DNA from: Verrucomicrobiota bacterium | GTDB taxonomy: Bacteria > Chlamydiota > Chlamydiia > Chlamydiales > SM23-39 | Reading direction: 5' to 3' | DNA length: 48,934 bases | NCBI GenBank assembly: GCA_028873375.1 | Contig: JAGWKU010000002.1 | Span: 1-48,934 of the forward strand | Notes under the pieces: model-generated | What the model was told of the DNA's origin: nothing | Databases searched by the model: none | The model's input: only the letters and a program-made list of their open reading frames with translations | Program-made: the position numbers and the translations under genes | Part shown: piece after piece, positions 1-9,245 of the stretch | Layout: every line of letters begins with the position of its first letter | Position numbering within the stretch: position 1 is the stretch's first letter

Positions 1-128
1 GTACTTGTCTTTTTTCTTGGAAGGAGTCGTATCTTTCTTGGGTGCCATATCGAGCCTAAAGTTTTTGTGTGAGCAACAAAAAATTTAAAGACTCAGTGGT
101 TTGAGAACAAGAAGAACCTCATCCGCAG

Positions 129-683
129 CTATTTACGCAACAACGCCGAACGAGATTCATAGCGTTCGAGCAAATGTAAAGCATCGTCAATGTCCCACAT
201 TGGCTCTATCCTGATCGCCCGGTTCGTCACAGCTGTCCCGTGGAGTACAGTGAAGATGCACGGCAAAATCAACAAGAAGAATAAGAGGTTGCATTCCAGC
301 AGCGCAAGAATGTAAGCAGTTAATAAGATGGAAGCGCTTAAAAGAATCGCTTCCGTAAATCCCGCTAGCATTTGGAGGTCTTTTTTTTGTCCTACCTGCT
401 TGTTTACAGATGGAATAATTCCCTTCATCTTAGCTACCACTTCAGGACCCAACTGTTCTTTGATCGTTGTTATCTTCTCAATTTGACGGTGGATTTTTTG
501 GCTATGGGCTTCTCCCTCATGCAACTCTTTCGTCTCAAGGACTTGCCGAATCTCCGTATTGACGTGCTCTATTAATGAGCGCCAAAAAGGCGATTTATCT
601 GGAATCTCAGTCCAAACATTGCCGTTAGTTGTAGAAGCGCCTTCCACTTGCTCTGTAAAAGAGACCACATTTATTGAATTCAT
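129..683 (-). CDS. hypothetical membrane protein with bilobed hydrophobic domain (Inc-like candidate)
   Basis: 184-aa ORF. Residues ~105-150 (MLAGFTEAILLSASILLTAYILALL-ECN-LLFFLLILPCIFTVLHG) form two TM-length segments joined by a 3-residue turn. No enzyme motif is recognisable. Confidence 0.5.
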   Translation of the reverse strand: MNSINVVSFTEQVEGASTTNGNVWTEIPDKSPFWRSLIEHVNTEIRQVLETKELHEGEAHSQKIHRQIEKITTIKEQLGPEVVAKMKGIIPSVNKQVGQKKDLQMLAGFTEAILLSASILLTAYILALLECNLLFFLLILPCIFTVLHGTAVTNRAIRIEPMWDIDDALHLLERYESRSALLRK

Positions 684-709
684 AATAACCTCCTTTTATT
701 TATTTTAAG

Positions 710-1372
710 TTAGTAGATAAAATTTGCCTGATTTGAGGTCGGGGGTGTCACAGTTACATCATGACAAACATTCTTTGCCGACCAATTGTTATAACTTTCG
801 AGAGCAGCTTCTCTTTTTGATTTAGCTGCTATCTCAGAAGAATAAGCTTCAAAAGCAGGGACGATCTGTAACAATTGTCTCAAGTTGAACGAAGTTTCTA
901 GGTGATGATTTTCAACAAATTCGTTCATTTTTTCCGAATTTTTCAGCATTGCTTGGCACTTTTGCCATTCCCATCTAAATTGAGAAACGTCAGAAATTGC
1001 CCACTTTTTCTCCATACCAACTGCGAGACTCGCAGATAAAGCTGCCCCTATCCAGAGCAAGATAAAAAGATAGTTCACCCCTCCAGCAAGTGGGATTGCT
1101 GCAAAAAAGAGGCCCACAGCCGCCACAACTAACAAAGCTTCCAATATATTGCCGAGCACATTCCACATTTCTACAGGCATCAGTTTTGAATTGATCTCTT
1201 TTACCTTGCCCTGAAGATTTGTGAGTTGCCATTGCTCATCTGATTGGATTCCATTTTTCTTCAAAATCGCCTGGACCGTCTCTGGCATCTCATAAAGCTG
1301 AACAGCCGGCTGGGGGCTGTTTAGCGCATTTAACGGCGTTGAACCTGTATTTCCTATTGATTGTGTACTCAT
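710..1372 (-). CDS. hypothetical membrane protein with bilobed hydrophobic domain (Inc-like candidate)
   Basis: 220-aa ORF. Residues ~70-120 (ILEALLVVAAVGLFFAAIPLAGGVNYLFILLWIGAALSASLAVGM) form a bilobed hydrophobic stretch. It lies in tandem with 129..683, separated by a 26-nt gap. Confidence 0.5.
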   Translation of the reverse strand: MSTQSIGNTGSTPLNALNSPQPAVQLYEMPETVQAILKKNGIQSDEQWQLTNLQGKVKEINSKLMPVEMWNVLGNILEALLVVAAVGLFFAAIPLAGGVNYLFILLWIGAALSASLAVGMEKKWAISDVSQFRWEWQKCQAMLKNSEKMNEFVENHHLETSFNLRQLLQIVPAFEAYSSEIAAKSKREAALESYNNWSAKNVCHDVTVTPPTSNQANFIY

Positions 1373-1456
1373 TTTTATTCTCCTTATTAAATTGAAAATA
1401 TTATATCATTATATTTAATTATTTTCAATTTATAAGGTTTTTTTTTAAAATAAGAG

Positions 1457-1492
1457 AAAAAAAATCCACGGAACCGGGGGACTCCGTGGATT
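1457..1492 (-). terminator. rho-independent terminator of the ffh-rpsP-trmD-rplS operon
   Basis: Hairpin AATCCACGGA-N10-TCCGTGGATT (10-bp stem), followed on the minus strand by a T-run. It lies ~18 nt downstream of the rplS stop. Confidence 0.65.
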
Positions 1493-1509
1493 AAAGAAAA
1501 TGGAAAGGC

Positions 1510-1923
1510 TTAAGCTTCAGTAGTTTGCTCAGGAACGGCTTCGACGGGGGCAGCTTGGGCTTCTTGGCCTGCATTGAACTGCTCGCGGAGCTTAGCACCT
1601 TTACCAGCTTTGCCACGGAGATAGTAGAGCTTGGCTCTTCGGACTTTGCCAGAGCGGACTACTTCGATTTCCGAGATGCGGGGGCTGTGGACGAGGAAAA
1701 CCCTCTCCATGCTCGATCCATAGGCAGTGCGGTAGACGGTGAAGGTCTCGGAGAGGCCAGTGCCCTTCTTGGCGACGACGGTGCCGAGGAAGGCTTGGTT
1801 TCTCTCTTTGTCCCCTTCAATAACGCGGGTCTGGACGCGGACTGTGTCGCCGACATTGAAGACGGGGACTTTCTTTTTAAGATAGGAGGATTCGACTTCC
1901 TCAATGACTTTTAAACGGCTCAC
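1510..1923 (-). CDS. rplS: 50S ribosomal protein L19
   Basis: 137 aa. The typical L19 core is present ([36 protein letters not shown]...[20 protein letters not shown]). It occupies the operon position after trmD. Confidence 0.95.
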   Translation of the reverse strand: MSRLKVIEEVESSYLKKKVPVFNVGDTVRVQTRVIEGDKERNQAFLGTVVAKKGTGLSETFTVYRTAYGSSMERVFLVHSPRISEIEVVRSGKVRRAKLYYLRGKAGKGAKLREQFNAGQEAQAAPVEAVPEQTTEA

Positions 1924-2597
1924 GTTTTTTCTCCTAGTAATTCGGGTCGTACCCGGCGTGTTTTTTCGGTTGCTTTTTCCAAGCGAAATTGGCGAATCTT
2001 CGCATGGTTTCCTCCGACGAGGACGGGGGGCACTGCCTTCCCTTCAAATTCGAGGGGGCCGGCAAAGTGGGGGCCGTCAAAGAGGCCGTTTTGGAACGAG
2101 TCCTCTTTTACTGCATCGGGGTGGCCGATGACGCCGGGAATAAACCGGCTCACGGCGTCGACGAGAACGATGGCAGCAATACAGCCATTCGTCACGACGT
2201 AGTCGCCAATGCTGATCTCTTCGTCGACTTCTGTTTCAATCACTCGCTCATCGATTCCTTCATAGTGACCACAGAGCAGGATCAGGTGCTCTTTTTGGGC
2301 CAGTTCTTCGCATTTCCGGGCACTTAACAGGGGCCCTTGTGGCGAAAGGTATACGACATGCGAGCGTTCTTTTTTTACGCTCCGAATCGCTTTAGCGACC
2401 GGATCGGGACAGAGGACCATGCCAGGGCCCCCGCCGTAGGGGCGATCATCTACTCGGCGGTGTTTATTCTCGGCAAAGTCCCGAATGTCCAATAAATGTA
2501 AATCAAGGATCCCCGCCTCTCTTGCCCGCTTGATCATGCTGACGTCAAAAGGTCCGCGAAAATAATCGGGAAAAAGGGAGAGGATATCGATTTTCAT
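1920..2597 (-). CDS. trmD: tRNA (guanine37-N1)-methyltransferase TrmD
   Basis: 225 aa from ATG 2597 ([25 protein letters not shown]...[12 protein letters not shown]...[10 protein letters not shown]). The longer track ORF (to 2888) overlaps rpsP in another frame. The ATG lies 1 nt after the rpsP stop. Confidence 0.93.
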   Translation of the reverse strand: MKIDILSLFPDYFRGPFDVSMIKRAREAGILDLHLLDIRDFAENKHRRVDDRPYGGGPGMVLCPDPVAKAIRSVKKERSHVVYLSPQGPLLSARKCEELAQKEHLILLCGHYEGIDERVIETEVDEEISIGDYVVTNGCIAAIVLVDAVSRFIPGVIGHPDAVKEDSFQNGLFDGPHFAGPLEFEGKAVPPVLVGGNHAKIRQFRLEKATEKTRRVRPELLGEKT

Positions 2598-2598
2598 A

Positions 2599-2958
2599 CT
2601 ACTTCTTCTTAGCTGCTGCCTTTTTAGCGGGCTTTGCAGGAGCTTTTTCCTTTTTGCGCTGTACGCGAGCTTTCTCCATCTTCGCGACTTTCTTTGCGCC
2701 CATTTGTTTGACCACCTCGGGAGCCAAGCGCTTAACGAGCGACTTGACGCGATCAGAGACTTGTGCGCCCTGGTCGATCCAATATTGGATGCGTGGAACG
2801 TCGAGTTGGTAGTTGGTCCCTTCGGGTCCGAATGGATTGTACCAGCCGAGTTTTTCAATGTATTTGCCGTCGCGGGGATAACGGACATCTGTGAGAACGA
2901 CGCGAAAGCGTTGTCTGCTGTTTGCGCCTTGCTGTCTCATGCGAATGATTAACGCCAT
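2599..2958 (-). CDS. rpsP: 30S ribosomal protein S16
   Basis: 119 aa. The S16 N-terminus is clear (MALIIRMRQQGANSRQRFRVVLTDVRYPRDGKYIEKLGWYNP) and the tail is Lys/Ala-rich. Confidence 0.95.
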   Translation of the reverse strand: MALIIRMRQQGANSRQRFRVVLTDVRYPRDGKYIEKLGWYNPFGPEGTNYQLDVPRIQYWIDQGAQVSDRVKSLVKRLAPEVVKQMGAKKVAKMEKARVQRKKEKAPAKPAKKAAAKKK

Positions 2959-4304
2959 TGTTTACCTTCAAATTGCTTTTTCAGTTCTTTCAAATCCGAC
3001 AATCCCGGCTTTTTGCCTTTCATATCGGGCATGTTTTTAAAAAGTTGCTTCACCCGTTTAAATCCTTTCACCATCCGGTTCACCTCTTCGATGTCGACTC
3101 CACTGCCTTTTGCAATGCGTCTCCGGCGGCTATGCTCGAGCTCGACAATTTCTTGCCTTTCGGCAGGTGTCATCGAGAGAATCATCGCCTCGAGTTTTCC
3201 GAACTCTTTGTCGGAATAGTCGAGGTCCTCTAGCCCTGAAAACCCAGGCATCATCTTGAGCAAGCTCTTTAGCGAGCCCATCTTCTTCACCGCCCCCATT
3301 TGCTTGAGGTAATCTTCGTAGGTGAAGGAGGCCTTTTTTAATTTCTTCTCGAGCTCTTTGCTCTCTTTCTCGTCAAACGCCTCTTGCGCTTTTTTGACGA
3401 GGTTGATCACATCGCCCATGCCGAGGATTCGGTCGGCCATCGAGCGGGGATAAAACAATTGGAAGTCGGCGATCTTTTCACCCACTCCCTCAAACTTTAG
3501 CGGCCGCTTCGTCACTTCTCGAATCGAGAGGGCAGCTCCTGCTCTCGCATTCGAATCGAGCATCGTGAGCACCGTACCGGTGATCTGTACTCGTCGGTCA
3601 AACTCTGCAGCGATTTTCACCGCATCTTGACCCGTCGTCGCATTGGCGACAAAGAGGACTTCTCTCGGCTCGAGCAGCTTCTTCAGCTCTTCGAGCTCTT
3701 TCATCAACTCTTCGTCAAGATGAAGTCTTCCCGCCGTATCGACGAGGAGGACATCATACTCTTCTCGCTTCGCTTTTTCTAGCGCTTGCCGAGCGATCTT
3801 CACTGGGCTCGTCTCTCCCTCAATGGAAAAGACGTCGACTCCAATTTCCTTCCCCAGCTTGTGGAGCTGAAGGACTGCGGCGGGCCTCTGCAAATCGCAA
3901 GCGGCCATCAGCACTTTTTTGTGCTTTTCTGTGCGGCCAATGTAGGCCGCGAGTTTGGCACACGTCGTCGTTTTGCCCGAGCCCTGGAGTCCGCAGAGCA
4001 TCACAACCGAAGTCTTTCCGTTCAAATCGAGCGGGGCCTCTTCGGTGCCCATCAGAGCGACTAGTTCATCATGGACAATCTTGATGAACTGCTGCCCTGG
4101 ATCAACCGCCTTCAAGAGGGCTTCGCCGAGGGCCTTTTCCTTCACCCGTTTGATGAACTCACTCGTCACAGAATAATTCACATCGGCATCGAGAAGAGCC
4201 AGCCGGACTTGCCGAACGGCCTCCCCAATATTGTCCTCAGTGAGCTTCTTGCCTTTCAGCCCTGAAAACAGTCCCTGCAGTTTTTCTATGAATGAGCCAA
4301 ACAT
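2949..4304 (-). CDS. ffh: signal recognition particle protein Ffh
   Basis: 451 aa. SRP GTPase motifs GLQGSGKTTT, DTAGR and TMLD are present, followed by a Met-rich M domain (LLKMMPGF...MTPAER). It overlaps the rpsP start by 10 nt. Confidence 0.97.
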   Translation of the reverse strand: MFGSFIEKLQGLFSGLKGKKLTEDNIGEAVRQVRLALLDADVNYSVTSEFIKRVKEKALGEALLKAVDPGQQFIKIVHDELVALMGTEEAPLDLNGKTSVVMLCGLQGSGKTTTCAKLAAYIGRTEKHKKVLMAACDLQRPAAVLQLHKLGKEIGVDVFSIEGETSPVKIARQALEKAKREEYDVLLVDTAGRLHLDEELMKELEELKKLLEPREVLFVANATTGQDAVKIAAEFDRRVQITGTVLTMLDSNARAGAALSIREVTKRPLKFEGVGEKIADFQLFYPRSMADRILGMGDVINLVKKAQEAFDEKESKELEKKLKKASFTYEDYLKQMGAVKKMGSLKSLLKMMPGFSGLEDLDYSDKEFGKLEAMILSMTPAERQEIVELEHSRRRRIAKGSGVDIEEVNRMVKGFKRVKQLFKNMPDMKGKKPGLSDLKELKKQFEGKQWR

Positions 4305-4331
4305 ATTTGCTAAAGAGGATACTCGAGAAAA

Positions 4332-5174
4332 TCATTGCTTTTCAAGGAAAAAGAAGCGATCGTGTCCCGACCAGTCCTTCTTTAATTCCCCTCTAGCCCA
4401 GGGTCCTCCTGCGAAAATTTTCTTGACTGCCTCTCCTTGGGTCGCTCCGATTTCTAAAAAAACCTTGCCGCCAGGCTTCAAATGGAGGGGCAAGTCGCAG
4501 CTCAATCTCTCGTAAAACTCCGTTCCCCGCTCTCCTCCGACCAATGCCCTGCGCGGCTCGAAGTCGCGTACCGAGGGCTGTAAATTCAAATATTCTGTTT
4601 CCGTTACATAGGGGGGATTGCAAGTGACAAAATCGGCTTGCTCGCCGGCAAATGGGGCCAAGAGATCGCCCGTGCGAAACTCGACTTCCAAACCGTTTTT
4701 TTGGCTGTTTTTTTGCCCGATCGCAACGGCTTCAGGTGAAATGTCCGACAGAATCACTTCAAGGTCAGGAAGAGCTTTTTTGAGGGCAAGCCCCAAGCCT
4801 CCCGAGCCGGCACACACATCCCAGAGCACTTTCCCTTGGGCAGGTCCTATTTCTTTGACGATCAGGTCGATTAAAATTTCTGTTTCAGGACGAGGGATCA
4901 AGACGGATCGATCGATGGCGAGCTGACATCCGGCAAATTCGACTTCGCCGAGCACATACTCCACTGGCTCCCCTTTCCCACACCGCTTCAATCCCTCTCG
5001 GAGCAACACGAGCTCGGTCTCTTCGACAGGGCGGTCAAATTGAAGGTAGAGGTCCATTCTCTTCATTTGAAGCGTTGCGGCGAGAAGCTCTTCTGCAAGA
5101 CGCCTGGCCCGCTCGATCTTCCTCTCGGCGAGAAATTGGGTCGATAATTGGAGCACTTCGCCGATCGTCTTCAT
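4332..5174 (-). CDS. prmC: release-factor glutamine methyltransferase PrmC/HemK
   Basis: 280 aa. It has the SAM-binding motif [10 protein letters not shown] and the catalytic NPPY, and shows a 4-nt overlap with upstream prfA. Confidence 0.9.
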   Translation of the reverse strand: MKTIGEVLQLSTQFLAERKIERARRLAEELLAATLQMKRMDLYLQFDRPVEETELVLLREGLKRCGKGEPVEYVLGEVEFAGCQLAIDRSVLIPRPETEILIDLIVKEIGPAQGKVLWDVCAGSGGLGLALKKALPDLEVILSDISPEAVAIGQKNSQKNGLEVEFRTGDLLAPFAGEQADFVTCNPPYVTETEYLNLQPSVRDFEPRRALVGGERGTEFYERLSCDLPLHLKPGGKVFLEIGATQGEAVKKIFAGGPWARGELKKDWSGHDRFFFLEKQ

Positions 5175-6235
5175 GAGGAGAGCTGTTCTTGGTAGAAGTG
5201 ATTGACGAGAGGGATCGTCACATCGTCGAGATCGCCTTCCATGATCCGATCGAGTTTATAGAGAGTGAGATTAATCCGATGATCAGTGAGGCGGTTTTGA
5301 GGGTAATTGTACGTGCGAATCCGCTCGGAGCGGTCACCGCTTCCCACCTGACTGGAGCGGATGGCCGACATTTCAGCCTCGGCTTTGCGGCGCATCTCTT
5401 CCGCAATGCGGGTCTTGAGAAGGCGCATCGCCTTTTCTTTGTTTTTATGCTGGCTTCGCTCGTCTTGGCAAGCGACCACAGTTCCTGTAGGAATGTGGGT
5501 GATTCGGACGGCCGAGTCGGTCGTATTGACGTGCTGGCCGCCGGCACCCGATGAGCGATAGGTGTCAATTTTTAGATCTTTTTCATCGACCCGGATGTCG
5601 TCATCGTCATTGGGCTCCAACATTACTGCTACCGTGATGGCCGATGTATGAACCCGCCCTTGCGCCTCAGTTTCTGGCACTCGTTGAACGCGATGGGTTC
5701 CCGCTTCATATTGGAGCAAGCGAAAGACGTTTTGTCCCGACATCGACATGACGTATTCTTTGTAGCCACCAACCTCAGAGGCTGACGTAGATAAGACGTC
5801 CACTTTCCACCCCTTGCTCGTCGCGTAGTTGCGATACATCCGGATACAGTCGCCGGCAAATAGGGCTGCCTCATCGCCGCCTGTACCTGCGCGCAGCTCC
5901 ATGATGATGGAGCGACTGTCGCGAGGATCGGGAGGAACGAGTAAGTTTTGGACGTGGGCTTTGGCTTCGGGAAGACGCGTCTCAAGGGCAGCGATTTCTT
6001 CGCGAAGCAATTCGATCATCTCTCGATCTTGTTCATCGGAGAGAAGCTTTTGATTTTCAGAGAGCTGCTTTTCGATGGAAGAGAGCGTGTCCCAAGCCTC
6101 TCTTAATTCAGAGAGCTGGGCGTGCTCTTGGGTGAGCAATCGATACCGTTTTTGATCGGTGAGAATCTCCGGATGGCCCAGCAGCTCTTCTAATTCTCGC
6201 AGCTTCTCCAAAAGCTGCGATACTTTCTGTTCCAT
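5171..6235 (-). CDS. prfA: peptide chain release factor 1
   Basis: 354 aa. It has the GGQ motif ([23 protein letters not shown]) and an RF1-type PxT tripeptide (VPETE). Confidence 0.96.
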   Translation of the reverse strand: MEQKVSQLLEKLRELEELLGHPEILTDQKRYRLLTQEHAQLSELREAWDTLSSIEKQLSENQKLLSDEQDREMIELLREEIAALETRLPEAKAHVQNLLVPPDPRDSRSIIMELRAGTGGDEAALFAGDCIRMYRNYATSKGWKVDVLSTSASEVGGYKEYVMSMSGQNVFRLLQYEAGTHRVQRVPETEAQGRVHTSAITVAVMLEPNDDDDIRVDEKDLKIDTYRSSGAGGQHVNTTDSAVRITHIPTGTVVACQDERSQHKNKEKAMRLLKTRIAEEMRRKAEAEMSAIRSSQVGSGDRSERIRTYNYPQNRLTDHRINLTLYKLDRIMEGDLDDVTIPLVNHFYQEQLSS

Positions 6236-6241
6236 TGAAGG

Positions 6242-6562
6242 CTATTTTTTCTTCTTTGTCGCAGCGACTTTGGCTTTTTTAGCCTCTTCCTGCTTCTCGT
6301 GGTCTTTTTTATCTTGCTCCGACCGACGAGCGTATTTTTTCGTGAACTTGTCGACGCGGCCTTCGCTGTCGATGAACTGATTTGCCTTCGTGAAGAAAGG
6401 GTGAGAAGCGGAGGAAATAGGAATACGGCTCATGGGATATTCTTTCCCTTGAAACGTTCCTTTTTCCTTGGTCTGCAAGGTACTGCCAATTAAAAATTGA
6501 GCGCCTGTCGAAGAATCGACAAACAACACTTCTTGGTATGGGGGGTGGGTTTTCTCTTTCAT
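6242..6562 (-). CDS. rpmE: 50S ribosomal protein L31, type B (no CxxC), with Lys-rich C-terminal tail
   Basis: Starts at internal ATG 6562 (MKEKTHPPYQEVLFVDSSTGAQFLIGST...HPFFT). The track ORF extends to 6622 with a non-homologous leader. The rpmE-prfA-prmC order is conserved. Confidence 0.85.
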   Translation of the reverse strand: MKEKTHPPYQEVLFVDSSTGAQFLIGSTLQTKEKGTFQGKEYPMSRIPISSASHPFFTKANQFIDSEGRVDKFTKKYARRSEQDKKDHEKQEEAKKAKVAATKKKK

Positions 6563-6743
6563 GCTAGAAGTTCCATTGTAATAAACTAAAGAAGAATTGT
6601 AATCTGGCCCACAGAAAAACACAAGAAAAACCTATTTTGAGATCTCGCCCTAGAAGGAGGCTCGACCCACTCGAAATCTCACCAAATAATTTTTTTAGCC
6701 ACCCTACTTGCGCAATGATCACCTTTGTGATAAAAAATTAAAT

Positions 6744-7583
6744 ATGTCAATTCCCCCTATACCCCGCTCTACCGCCACCCCGCGCCCTCTCAAGGCGATC
6801 CTAGGAGCTCTTATCCTCCTCTTTGCGGTCGACCTCTTTCTCCCCTTAAGGCCCTACCTCGGTCTCTCCCTTTCCAACCTGACCCACGGCTATTTCTGGA
6901 CTCTCCTCACCTATCCTTTCGCCTCTGGCAGTCGCGATTTCCTCTCCCTCTGCCTCGACCTCTTTTTCCTCTGGATTCTCGGGGCCACCCTGATCGACCG
7001 GCTCCAGTCGAAAAACTTCCTATTGCTCTTTTTCGGCTCTACTCTCTTCACCGGCCTAGCTGCCTCCCTAAGCCTCTACCTCCTCAAAAGCCCCCTCCTT
7101 TTTTCCCAGCTATCCCCTATCCTCCTCTCCCTCTTCACCGCCTGGACCCTTCTCCACGCCAACCGCGACGTCCATATCACAACGCTTCTCATCGTCCGGA
7201 CCGCCTGGATCTTCGCCTTTTTCGCCGGCTTCCACTTCCTCTTCAACCTCCTCGAGAGTCGCTGGATTGAAATGATCGCCGACATAACGGGCCTCTTTTT
7301 CGGCTACTTCTTCTGTGTCTTCTCCCAAAAAGTGAGCAGCCCTTTTTCCATCCTCTTTCCCTTCGAAAGAAGAGTCCTCCGCTCCATGGAGAAAATCCAT
7401 CCTCATAAAAGCCCTGCCCACACCAAAATCTATGACTTTCAGACAGGCGAGCCAGTCCTCGAGGACATCGCCTTCATGGATGCCATGCTCGCCCGCATCT
7501 CCCTCCACGGAGAGCAATCGATCTCCCCAGCAGAACGAAAGCGAATGCAAGAGATCTCCGAGAGAAAAGCTTCTAAGAAATAA
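6744..7583 (+). CDS. rhomboid-fold membrane protein, catalytic Ser/His apparently absent
   Basis: ATG at 6744; the track start at 6708 is TTG. The sequence is polytopic with the rhomboid-like core YFWTLLTYPFAS...LFFLWILGATLIDRL...FFGSTLFTGLAASL. No GxSG or TM6 His is visible, and the tail is a cytoplasmic helical segment. Confidence 0.6.
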   Translation: MSIPPIPRSTATPRPLKAILGALILLFAVDLFLPLRPYLGLSLSNLTHGYFWTLLTYPFASGSRDFLSLCLDLFFLWILGATLIDRLQSKNFLLLFFGSTLFTGLAASLSLYLLKSPLLFSQLSPILLSLFTAWTLLHANRDVHITTLLIVRTAWIFAFFAGFHFLFNLLESRWIEMIADITGLFFGYFFCVFSQKVSSPFSILFPFERRVLRSMEKIHPHKSPAHTKIYDFQTGEPVLEDIAFMDAMLARISLHGEQSISPAERKRMQEISERKASKK

Positions 7584-7591
7584 CCCCTCTC

Positions 7592-7786
7592 TTTCTTGCT
7601 GCACTTTGCGGGTTCAGTGATCTCAGTGCTCTCAGTGGTGCAATTCTGCCGCGCTTAGCGGCTTGGGCTTTAAGATGCAAAGCTTGCTCAGCACCATTGA
7701 ACAGACTTGAAGCTTAAGCTCTCGTAAAAGATAGCACCACTGAAAGCACTGAGATCACTGAGGCCGCGCAAAGCGCGTCGGAAAAG
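7592..7786 (-). repeat. palindromic intergenic element, copy 1 (core inverted relative to the other copies)
   Basis: Arms at 7592-7646 (..GCACTTTGCGGGTTCAGTGATCTCAGTGCTCTCAGTGGTGCAAT) and 7731-7786 (ATAGCACCACTGAAAGCACTGAGATCACTGAGGCCGCGCAAAGCGCG..) are inverse complements. The reverse complement of the central ~85 bp aligns with the core of copy 4. Confidence 0.85.
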
Positions 7787-7813
7787 AAGGAGAAATTGCT
7801 CAGCGGTAAAACC

Positions 7814-7840
7814 TAAAAAATACCCAACTAGAAAGTTGGG
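7814..7840 (-). terminator. rho-independent terminator after 7841..8074
   Basis: Hairpin CCCAACT-N4-AGTTGGG directly after the stop codon, followed on the minus strand by TATTTTTT. Confidence 0.6.
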
Positions 7841-8074
7841 TTAAGAACTCTCTTTCTCGAGGGCAAGGAATGCGGCTCGCACGACTTGCAATCCATCTAA
7901 AATCCCCTCTTCGTAACGGAAGTGAGGATGATGCTCTAGGGCAGGAAAATCGTTGGGTTGGAGAAGATCGTCAGGCGTGACGTGAGGAACGATGCGGCGA
8001 GCCGAGGCGAGGAGTTTGCCCCGCTGGCTTTCAATCAATTGCTCCAAGAGCTGATAAATCTGTTTTCGCTCCAT
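7841..8074 (-). CDS. hypothetical small protein (77 aa)
   Basis: ORF with a single ATG. It is followed by a canonical terminator and overlaps the tadA 3' end by 44 nt. No motif is recognised. Confidence 0.5.
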   Translation of the reverse strand: MERKQIYQLLEQLIESQRGKLLASARRIVPHVTPDDLLQPNDFPALEHHPHFRYEEGILDGLQVVRAAFLALEKESS

Positions 8075-8534
8075 TCTTTTTCCTCATCTTTTGGAAGAAT
8101 TCTCGCATGAGAGCAGCCGCCTCTTCTTGGAGAATGCCCGAGGTGATTTCGATCGAATGCATGGGGTGTTTGTGCTCAAAGAGGTTGATCCAACTCCCAT
8201 TGGCACCGAGGCGCAGGTCGGAAGCGGCCCAGACGAGGCGGCGGATACGACTCGAAAGCATAGCCCCCGCGCACATACAGCAAGGCTCAAGGGTACAATA
8301 GAGAGTCGTGTCGGCGAGGCGCCAGTTTTCGAGGACGGAGGCGCCAGCGGTGAGACAGAGCATTTCGGCATGAGCAGTGGCATCTTGCAGGAGCTCGATT
8401 TGATTGTGGCCCCGCGCGATGATTTTGTCTTTGTGAACAAGGACAGCGCCAACCGGGACTTCATCGGCTTCAAAGGCCTTTTTCGCCTCTTTGAGCGCCT
8501 CATGCATGAAGTGGGTGTCTTTGTCCTGGATCAT
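8031..8534 (-). CDS. tadA: tRNA-specific adenosine deaminase TadA
   Basis: 167 aa. It carries the CDA zinc motifs HAEMLCL and LEPCCMCAGA. Confidence 0.9.
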   Translation of the reverse strand: MIQDKDTHFMHEALKEAKKAFEADEVPVGAVLVHKDKIIARGHNQIELLQDATAHAEMLCLTAGASVLENWRLADTTLYCTLEPCCMCAGAMLSSRIRRLVWAASDLRLGANGSWINLFEHKHPMHSIEITSGILQEEAAALMREFFQKMRKKNGAKTDLSALGAID

Positions 8535-9184
8535 CGGTCGTTGAGTTGTTGCTGAAGCGCTCGCACTTGCTTTTTCAGCGCCTCGACGTCGGTTGTGTAT
8601 TTTTTCAGGACGCCAGCCAGCTTTTGCTCGTATTTTTCGGTCAGACGGGCGACTTCTCGCTGGTGCTGCTCGGCTGTTCTGGCAGCTTGCTGCTGCTCGG
8701 CTTCGGAGGCTTGCTTAGCCTTGTGCTGAGTCTCTTCCATCTCGGCGGCTTTCCGGAGCCGTTCAAAAACGGCAGGCGGGAAGACGACGCCATTCAAGAG
8801 GGAGAAGAAATAGACTTGCTTGGCTCCAAACGTCTCAAGGGCGCCATGAAGAATCTTTTCGGTTTGCTCCGGGGTGAGCTCTTGGATCGCTTCAAAATTA
8901 GGGTTGACATGGAGGAGCCGTTCGGCGAAATGGCTATAGACCTCGCCATGCTTGAAGACCCATCGGTTGACCACCCACTCAGCGAGATCCTCGTTGCCCT
9001 GTAAGAGTTCTTTTGAAAAAGCAGTAAGGAGCTCCTCGGTCGAGAGTCGATTTAGAGGGCGATTGCCGAAATGAGCCCGGTGAAGGGCTGGAAATGCAGG
9101 TAAATAGTCAGTTTTGATATCTTTTTTGATGGTCGAGAGGATTTCCTCTAGCCAAGGTTGTAAAGTATGGAATTTAGTGGTCAT
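8531..9184 (-). CDS. hypothetical protein with C-terminal Q/E/K-rich coiled coil
   Basis: 217 aa. It has an ATGA overlap with tadA. The C-terminal ~70 aa (EETQHKAKQASEAEQQQAARTAEQHQREVARLTEKYEQKL...) has a heptad-like character. Confidence 0.7.
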   Translation of the reverse strand: MTTKFHTLQPWLEEILSTIKKDIKTDYLPAFPALHRAHFGNRPLNRLSTEELLTAFSKELLQGNEDLAEWVVNRWVFKHGEVYSHFAERLLHVNPNFEAIQELTPEQTEKILHGALETFGAKQVYFFSLLNGVVFPPAVFERLRKAAEMEETQHKAKQASEAEQQQAARTAEQHQREVARLTEKYEQKLAGVLKKYTTDVEALKKQVRALQQQLNDR

Positions 9185-9245
9185 ATTTCTCTCAGTAAAA
9201 AGGAATTTGAGGATAGCGTGAGAGGGGGGAAAATTGCAAGAGGAG

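Noticed and set aside
1-48. Minus-strand ORF start (ATG at 46-48) reading MAPKKDTTPSKKKDKY.. and running off the left edge. It looks like a Lys-rich, histone-like N-terminus.
   Set aside because: Only 16 codons are visible. That is too little to call a gene or a family.
2598-2888. N-terminal 97-aa extension of the 322-aa ORF containing TrmD.
   Set aside because: It is the rpsP region read in another frame and has low-complexity R/K/S composition. TrmD homology begins at the ATG at 2597.
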